Under the pieces are notes generated by a model, which was given only the letters and a program-made list of their open reading frames with translations, had not been told where the DNA came from and did no database searches. Positions 26,843 to 32,000 of a stretch of 32,000 nt of DNA are shown here, piece by piece. Numbering within the stretch: the stretch's first letter is position 1; the number at the start of each line of letters is the position of its first letter. A program made the position numbers and the translations under genes. The DNA lies in the NCBI RefSeq assembly GCF_000018785.1, contig NC_010163.1:120001-152000 (forward strand), in the 5' to 3' direction. The DNA comes from Acholeplasma laidlawii PG-8A. GTDB taxonomy: Bacteria; Bacillota_I; Bacilli_A; Acholeplasmatales; Acholeplasmataceae.

Positions 26843-27415
26843 ATGAAAAAAATAATGATAGTCATAGGTTTGTGCTTTCTATTCATATTAGTAGGTTGTA
26901 CTACAAATAATAATCGTGACATAAGTTATAGTTATGTGTTCATTGGTGAAGATGAAAGAACTTTCCAAACAACACTTACAACAAAGAATGAATTAGATTC
27001 AATCAAACAAAAAATCAATGTGATAGAGAATAATTTAAAAGAGATCACACTTGATGAACCAGATTATAATCAATCAACAGTAAGTACATTTGGTTTTAGT
27101 TATAATGAGTATCGTGGTGGAAGATACTATTATTACACATTTGCCTTATACTATAAGATTGTTGATTCAAAACTAGAGTACACTATTCATAAAAATAAAC
27201 AAGAGATGAGAGTTCGTGTACATAGTAAAGTACTCATGGAATATATATACTCAAGTAAAGAAGAAGGTACTTTAGTTAACTATACATTTGGCTTGTATTA
27301 TAATGAAACTCCAAATGGTTTACAAACTCAAAAATATATACTAAAAATAAGTGAATCTGATGATAACTTGGTATATAAATTTGGTGGTTTTACTTTAACA
27401 AATAGTAATTATTAA
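26843..27415 (+). CDS. Small lipoprotein of unknown function
   Basis: MKKIMIVIGLCFLFILVGCTTNN, lipobox LVGC; RBS GGGG. Confidence 0.7.
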   Translation: MKKIMIVIGLCFLFILVGCTTNNNRDISYSYVFIGEDERTFQTTLTTKNELDSIKQKINVIENNLKEITLDEPDYNQSTVSTFGFSYNEYRGGRYYYYTFALYYKIVDSKLEYTIHKNKQEMRVRVHSKVLMEYIYSSKEEGTLVNYTFGLYYNETPNGLQTQKYILKISESDDNLVYKFGGFTLTNSNY

Positions 27416-27442
27416 TAAGATTAAAAACAAGGATGGAATAAT

Positions 27443-28033
27443 ATGATGAAAAAGCTTAGCTTAGTCTTAAGTGTTGTAATGATTCTTATATTAATTGGGT
27501 GTGTAGATGATAAACCAACTACAAGATTGGAAACACCAACAAACCTAAAATTTGAAATTGCAACGCTTACGTTTGATGAAGTAGAGCATGCTACAAGCTA
27601 CATTATTATTGCAGAAGGACTTAATGCAATCGTAAATACGAATAGCTACACCTTCCCACATGAAGGTGTATATAAGGTTCGTGTTGTTGCAAGAGCTAAA
27701 GGCTACCTTGATTCACTGTACTCCACGGAACTTGAGGTGGTTGTAAGTTTCACAGATCAAAAACCATACATGATATCAAGTAAAGATATAACAACTAACT
27801 TTAAGGATGACATAAAACTTTCCTTTGCTAGCTTAGGTTATACGTTTAAAAGTCTTAATGGATATGCTATTACTTCAAGTGACTATACATATGTAAATGA
27901 TGTACTCACAATCAAGGCTAGTTTTCTAAAAACAGCATTTGAAAAAGAAAGTGAAAGAACATCTTTAATATTTTCATATACATTTGAAAAAGACGATCAA
28001 ACACACTTAGGTTTTATTACAATTAAAAAATAA
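27443..28033 (+). CDS. Lipoprotein with one Fn3-like module, paralogous to the 21079 ORF
   Basis: Lipobox ILIGC; 'LETPTNLKFEIATLTFDEVEHATSYIIIAEG...NSYTFPHEGVYKVRVVARA'. Confidence 0.7.
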   Translation: MMKKLSLVLSVVMILILIGCVDDKPTTRLETPTNLKFEIATLTFDEVEHATSYIIIAEGLNAIVNTNSYTFPHEGVYKVRVVARAKGYLDSLYSTELEVVVSFTDQKPYMISSKDITTNFKDDIKLSFASLGYTFKSLNGYAITSSDYTYVNDVLTIKASFLKTAFEKESERTSLIFSYTFEKDDQTHLGFITIKK

Positions 28034-28041
28034 AATACATT

Positions 28042-28071
28042 AAAATTCCTATCAAATTTGATAGGAATTTT
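28042..28071 (+). terminator. Terminator after lipoprotein gene
   Basis: AAAATTCCTATCAAATTTGATAGGAATTTT, perfect palindrome followed by ATT. Confidence 0.65.
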
Positions 28072-28130
28072 ATTATATGGATGTTAATAGATGTTATAAT
28101 ATTAAGTGAACAGTTATCCAAAAACATATG

Positions 28131-28150
28131 AAATGTGGACCACCACATTT
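28131..28150 (+). promoter_or_regulatory. 5'UTR hairpin AAATGTGG-ACCA-CCACATTT upstream of the SPFH gene
   Basis: 8-bp perfect arms with a 4-nt loop, downstream of a TATAAT box at 28095 and upstream of the SPFH ATG at 28203. Confidence 0.3.
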
Positions 28151-28202
28151 AAATAGAGCTATAGATAAATGTATCTTAAAAAATAGAGGGAGATTTTTTA
28201 AC

Positions 28203-29225
28203 ATGGCATATGTTATAAGTAGTTTTATCTTATTTGTAGTATTTCTTGCAGGAGCAATTGGTATCATTGCAAACTACAAACATAAATATGGAAGTAAAGT
28301 TTATTTTTCCATACTGGCTGCACCGTTAGCATTTTTAATACTCTTATTTGGTTCATTTACAACCGTAGGTGCAAATGAAGTAGGTATTATATTTGATGAA
28401 TTAAATGGTGGAGTTTTAGAAGAGACCTATGGTCAAGGGTTACATGCTAAATCACCATTTAGACATGTAACAACTATATCTACTACAAATAGAACATCTT
28501 ATATAGAAGTGTATTCTCAAACTGAAGATAGTATTTTTGCAAAGTTTGAGATTACTGTAATTTATAATATAGAAACAAATAATGCAGGGCTATTTTATAG
28601 AACAACAGGTAGTGTAGATATTTCTTCACAACAGTTGAACTCTATTGTTAAAAAGAACTTACAAAGTATAACTACACAACATAATATATTTGATATTATG
28701 GGTGTGTCATTAGAAGAGGTACGTGCTGCATTTAGAGATGTCTTATCAAATGATCTAATGAATATCTATCATATAACATTAGTATCAGTTTCTATTGATG
28801 ATGTAGATGCAGGTACTGAAATTGAACAAATCATTCAAGATAAAGCAAAAGCAATTCAACAAATTGAAATCGCACAACAAGAAAAAGCAAGACAAGACGT
28901 TATCAATGAAACAAATCGTATTAAAGCTGAAATTGATGCAGAGATTGCTTTAATTAAAGCACAATCTGATTTTGTAGTAGCTGAAAAACAAGCAGAAGCT
29001 CAAGCTGTATTAAATGCAGCAGCAGTAAATGCAATTCAAACAATGTATGACCTACAGTTTGAAACGCCTGCAGAAAAACTAGAGTTTGAGACAAATGGTA
29101 CAGGAGGATATCTAACAATTCAAGAGGTTTCTACAATTGTTATTAAACAACTTTACTATGATGTATGGGATGGCAAATTACCTACTGTTATTACAGACGG
29201 ATCAGGCATTATTATTCAACCATAA
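28203..29225 (+). CDS. SPFH/prohibitin (band 7) domain membrane protein
   Basis: N-terminal TM; 'TVGANEVGIIFDELNGGVLEETYGQGLHAKSPFRHVTTISTTNRTSYIEVYSQTEDSIFAKFEITVIYNIE'; coiled coil EIAQQEKARQDVINETNRIKAEIDAEIALIKAQSDFVVAEKQAEAQAV. RBS GAGGGAG; the track start at 28128 is too early. Confidence 0.88.
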   Translation: MAYVISSFILFVVFLAGAIGIIANYKHKYGSKVYFSILAAPLAFLILLFGSFTTVGANEVGIIFDELNGGVLEETYGQGLHAKSPFRHVTTISTTNRTSYIEVYSQTEDSIFAKFEITVIYNIETNNAGLFYRTTGSVDISSQQLNSIVKKNLQSITTQHNIFDIMGVSLEEVRAAFRDVLSNDLMNIYHITLVSVSIDDVDAGTEIEQIIQDKAKAIQQIEIAQQEKARQDVINETNRIKAEIDAEIALIKAQSDFVVAEKQAEAQAVLNAAAVNAIQTMYDLQFETPAEKLEFETNGTGGYLTIQEVSTIVIKQLYYDVWDGKLPTVITDGSGIIIQP

Positions 29226-29246
29226 TTAAATATATATATAAATCAT

Positions 29247-29280
29247 AATAACCCAATCACTTTCATGTGATTGGGTTATT
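29247..29280 (+). terminator. Strong terminator after SPFH gene
   Basis: AATAACCCAATCAC-tttcat-GTGATTGGGTTATT, 14-bp perfect stem. Confidence 0.75.
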
Positions 29281-29321
29281 TCTATATGGATAACTACCCA
29301 TCACCACATAATTTATAAATT

Positions 29322-29608
29322 ATATCGGGAAATTTTTTTCCGATATAAAAGAAGTTAAATATGATATAGAATTAAAATAATGGATTATTTGACACGTTAT
29401 TAGGCATTTTTAAGTGTTTATGTACTGCAAGGGTTATCTAAATCGGGAATATTATTTCCGACTAGTCTTAATAATCGGGAAATTATTACCCGATTAAGGG
29501 GAACCATTAAATTAATATTGGCGTAACTCTTACATATTACCACGATCTATAAAATTGATGCACCTTACCACAAATCTTAATAATCGCATCGGGAATTAAT
29601 TTCCCGAT
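29322..29608. repeat. Cluster of four related inverted repeats with TCGGGAA/TTCCCGA-type arms
   Basis: 29322..29346 ATATCGGgaaatttttttCCGATAT; 29443..29461 TCGGgAATattATTtCCGA; 29472..29496 TAATCGGG-aaattatta-CCCGATTA; 29588..29608 ATCGGGAA-TTAAT-TTCCCGAT. Confidence 0.6.
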
Positions 29609-29615
29609 ATTGCAT

Positions 29616-29652
29616 TAAAAAAGTGATCTACTCTAAACTTTGTAGACCACTT
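29616..29652 (-). terminator. Terminator for the minus-strand dioxygenase gene
   Basis: Minus strand: AAGTGgTCTAC-...-GTAGAtCACTTTTTT. Confidence 0.65.
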
Positions 29653-29660
29653 CAATAACT

Positions 29661-30509
29661 TTATCTAAAATCAGTTGTTAAATATACTTTAACGTTGTTT
29701 ACATCTTTAATATACACCTTATCACTGTCTTGGGTTAATGTGATATGAGCTTTGTCTATACGTTCTAGTAAAGTATTATATCTATCCTTTGGAATATATA
29801 AGGTATAAGATTTTAGACCGACTGCATTATCTGGATTATTTGGTATATTTTGACCATTCCATATATTAAAACCAATATGGTGGTGATAACCTAAATCACT
29901 TACGAATGCTGCTTGTGGGCCATATTCCATAGTGTTTTGAAATCCTAATATATCAATGAAGAAAGTTCTTGCTGCTTTCATGTTAGCTACATGTAAATGG
30001 ATATGTCCCATGATGGTTTCATCAGGAATTTTAGTAAATTGTGTTTTTAGTGCTTTATTAACTAAGTCTTGATAGTCCATTGGACTGTTTACAACTTCAT
30101 CAAATCTTGGCCATTCATTTTCTGGTTTATCTGCATAAACCTCAATACCATTACCATCTGGATCATCTAAGTAAAGTGCTTCACTAATACCATGATCAGC
30201 ACCTCCAGATACTGGTGTTTTAGTATCGATCATATGCTTAATGAATTGTCCTAAGTGTGCTCTTGAAGGAAGTAGTATTGCGAAGTGATATAGACCGGTT
30301 GTAAGTTGTTTTGGCATAGATAGTGTATTATATACTAATGTTATTAAATGTGTATTGGTGTGTGTACCTAATTTATAGGTGTTATCAATTTTTTCTAGTA
30401 GTTTAAAACCAAATACTTCTTGGTAAAACTTTAGTGATGTTTCAATGTTTGAAACCATTAAAGTAACATCTGTTACTTGCATAAATTGATTAGAGTGAAA
30501 ATTGTTCAT
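29661..30509 (-). CDS. VOC-family (catechol-2,3-dioxygenase / glyoxalase-like) protein with two VOC modules
   Basis: VTDVTLMVSNIETSLKFYQEVFGFKLLEK...; YLDDPDGNGIEVYADKP; HIHLHVANMKAARTFFIDILGFQ. Confidence 0.85.
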   Translation of the reverse strand: MNNFHSNQFMQVTDVTLMVSNIETSLKFYQEVFGFKLLEKIDNTYKLGTHTNTHLITLVYNTLSMPKQLTTGLYHFAILLPSRAHLGQFIKHMIDTKTPVSGGADHGISEALYLDDPDGNGIEVYADKPENEWPRFDEVVNSPMDYQDLVNKALKTQFTKIPDETIMGHIHLHVANMKAARTFFIDILGFQNTMEYGPQAAFVSDLGYHHHIGFNIWNGQNIPNNPDNAVGLKSYTLYIPKDRYNTLLERIDKAHITLTQDSDKVYIKDVNNVKVYLTTDFR

Positions 30510-30586
30510 GTGTAACCTCCTAAAGTATTTATGTTACGAGTTTATTATAACAGTGATAGTATCTTTTGGGAAGTAGGCACTTCTTG

Positions 30587-30599
30587 GTAACTATGTTAC
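30587..30599. promoter_or_regulatory. Inverted repeat GTAAC-TAT-GTTAC upstream of the dioxygenase gene (candidate operator)
   Basis: Perfect 5-bp arms with a 3-nt centre, upstream of a minus-strand TATAAT. Confidence 0.35.
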
Positions 30600-30623
30600 T
30601 TTACAACAAAATCCCAAAATAAA

Positions 30624-30652
30624 ATCCATTCAAGCAAATGACTTGAATGGAT
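30624..30652 (-). terminator. Terminator of the minus-strand DUF3267-like gene
   Basis: ATCCATTCAAG-caaatga-CTTGAATGGAT; on the minus strand followed by TTTATTTT. Confidence 0.65.
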
Positions 30653-30662
30653 GGGTTTATTG

Positions 30663-31235
30663 TTATTTCTTGTAAATGGTCATCCCAATACCGTAATCAT
30701 GGATAAGTGTATCTGGTTTACATCTTATGAGTTTTAATATGACGTAGAAATCTCCTACACAGCCAGCGGTATGAATTGCTAGTATGATATATAAACCAAG
30801 AGAGTGCATCGGGAATAAATAGATGGATGCGACAAGTAGTGGTGTAATGATCATAAATGGTGCAATACCTGTTAGGATATAGTGATTTTTATAAAAGTAA
30901 ATACCCTCCACGGATGCAGATGCTGCCCATCCGTGGAATTTATAACTAACCTTTTCTTTAGTACCTAGCTTAAAGAATATGCCATGAATGAGTTCATGAA
31001 TGATGATTGAAAAGAATGCGAATACTAAATATAGAAGTATGTCTAATGGATTCATCGTAATGGGATCATTATAGGGATTTAAATCTAAATATATAACATA
31101 ACCTAAAATGAAAGGTAGTATCAATAAAATAGAACCAATATTTAAGAATACAAGTATTTTCTTATCTTTTAAATTGATACTTAATTTTTCTTTGTAGCCA
31201 GTTGGTAGAGTATGATAACTTCTAATACGTTTCAT
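30663..31235 (-). CDS. DUF3267-like membrane zincin-type protein
   Basis: 'FSIIIHELIHGIFFKLGTKEKVSYKFHGWAASASVEGIYFYKNHYILTGIAPFMII': HExxH in a membrane context. Confidence 0.75.
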   Translation of the reverse strand: MKRIRSYHTLPTGYKEKLSINLKDKKILVFLNIGSILLILPFILGYVIYLDLNPYNDPITMNPLDILLYLVFAFFSIIIHELIHGIFFKLGTKEKVSYKFHGWAASASVEGIYFYKNHYILTGIAPFMIITPLLVASIYLFPMHSLGLYIILAIHTAGCVGDFYVILKLIRCKPDTLIHDYGIGMTIYKK

Positions 31236-31384
31236 GATAGTAACCTCATTATTAAGACTTATAATCGACTACATTATAGCAGTAATTAAATAAAAAGTGT
31301 TGAAAGATTGTAAGATGAAATGTCACAAAATTTTCATATCTTTTTTAGTGTGTGTGAAAATGCGGAGAGGTGACACTTTTCTTG

Positions 31385-31413
31385 TTGACATACACCCTCA
31401 ATAATGATAGAAT
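31385..31413 (+). promoter_or_regulatory. Promoter for rplK-rplA (TTGACA-17-TAGAAT)
   Basis: TTGACA 31385..31390, 17-nt spacer, TAGAAT 31408..31413. Confidence 0.75.
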
Positions 31414-31437
31414 ATTCACGCGTGTAAACACACCATA

Positions 31438-31459
31438 GTGGGAGAAATATTCGTACCAC
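31438..31459 (+). promoter_or_regulatory. GTGGGAG...TACCAC stem element in the rplK leader
   Basis: GTGGGAGAAATATTCGTACCAC: outer GTGG/CCAC pair. Same motif as at 31947..31971. Confidence 0.4.
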
Positions 31460-31489
31460 ATACTTATTACAAAAGAAGGAGGTCGTGTT

Positions 31490-31921
31490 ATGGCAGAAAA
31501 GAAAAAAGTAGTCAAACAAGTTAAGTTGCAAATTCCTGGCGGTAAAGCAACTCCAGCTCCACCCGTTGGTCCAGCACTCGGGCAAGCTCAAGTTAACATT
31601 CCGCAATTTGTTAAACAATTTAACGATATGACTCAAAATATGGTTGGTTATATTGTACCAGTTGTAATCTCTGTTTATGATGACAGAACATTCTCAATTG
31701 AAACAAAAACTCCACCTGCTTCTGACTTACTAAAGAAAGCAGCAAATATCAAAGCTGGAGCAAGTAATCCAAAGAAAGATAAAGTTGCTACAATCACTAG
31801 AGCACAGTTAGAAGAAGTTGCAAAAATGAAAATGCCGGATTTAAACGCATACGATGTGAAAGCAGCATCTAAGATCATCGAAGGTACTGCAAAACAAATG
31901 GGCATTATAGTTTCAGAATAA
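31490..31921 (+). CDS. rplK: 50S ribosomal protein L11
   Basis: [38 protein letters not shown]; RBS AAGGAGGT. Confidence 0.98.
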   Translation: MAEKKKVVKQVKLQIPGGKATPAPPVGPALGQAQVNIPQFVKQFNDMTQNMVGYIVPVVISVYDDRTFSIETKTPPASDLLKKAANIKAGASNPKKDKVATITRAQLEEVAKMKMPDLNAYDVKAASKIIEGTAKQMGIIVSE

Positions 31922-31946
31922 TTTAGAACTTTAAAGTTTCTAAATT

Positions 31947-31971
31947 GTGGGAGGATATCCCGTTATACCAC
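31947..31971 (+). promoter_or_regulatory. GTGGGAG...TACCAC stem element between rplK and rplA
   Basis: GTGGGAGGATATCCCGTTATACCAC: outer GTGG/CCAC and inner GGA(G)/(T)CCC possibilities. Confidence 0.4.
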
Positions 31972-31987
31972 ATTTAGGAGGAATTTC

Positions 31988-32000
31988 ATGAAAAGAGGAA
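31988..32000 (+). CDS. rplA: Start of 50S ribosomal protein L1 (truncated by window end)
   Basis: TTTAGGAGG RBS, ATG AAA AGA GGA A... directly downstream of rplK; identity from synteny only. Confidence 0.65.

Noticed and set aside
28128-28202. N-terminal extension MKCGPPHLNRAIDKCILKNRGRFFN of the SPFH protein
   Set aside because: It is the 5'UTR hairpin and the purine-rich RBS region read as codons; ATG 28203 is properly spaced from GAGGGAG.
29322-29608. CRISPR-like array
   Set aside because: Only four imperfect palindromes with unequal spacing and differing arms, no uniform spacers, and no cas genes nearby.
15186-31489. Prophage or transposon as the source of the accessory region
   Set aside because: No integrase, transposase, terminal repeats, tRNA target or phage structural genes could be recognised.
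31334-31905. Minus-strand ORFs across the rplK leader and CDS
   Set aside because: Overlap a strong TTGACA promoter, leader and rplK; no supporting features.

Overview
AT-rich window with Acholeplasma/Firmicutes-like gene content. The backbone runs rplM-rpsI, gltX, cysS-mrnC-(P-type ATPase)-rlmB-sigma factor-(SHOCT protein)-rpmG-secE-nusG and resumes with rplK-(rplA). This is the classical Bacillus-type gltX...nusG-rplK-rplA order, except that about 16 kb of accessory, mostly surface or secreted genes sits between nusG and rplK. That segment holds an HPr-kinase-like P-loop protein, three large secreted/lipoprotein endonuclease I (His-Me finger) proteins, several small lipoproteins, and a PqqD-family (RiPP recognition element-like) protein. 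It also holds a previously unlisted 47-aa peptide gene (22948..23091) whose product has a RiPP/lasso-like leader (YxxPxIEV...DSIATS) and tail (GVGAAFFEQVWGGGGSV). The peptide gene overlaps the start of the third nuclease gene by 1 nt (TAATG), and its poly-Gly codons double as that gene's Shine-Dalgarno sequence. The kinase + PqqD + peptide + secreted nuclease set is my best candidate for an undescribed system. No cyclase, peptidase or exporter is present in the window, so it remains a hypothesis. Two of the three nuclease genes carry apparent frameshifts, at 17265..17293 and at 25577..25586. Other notable signals: a four-copy TCGGGAA inverted-repeat cluster, paired GTGGGAG...TACCAC elements flanking rplK, hairpins covering the ribosome-binding sites of rplM and rpmG, and a DUF2779-like protein with Cas4/RecB-like and DEDDy exonuclease-like motifs. 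All calls are from reading the sequence; no database search or folding program was run.
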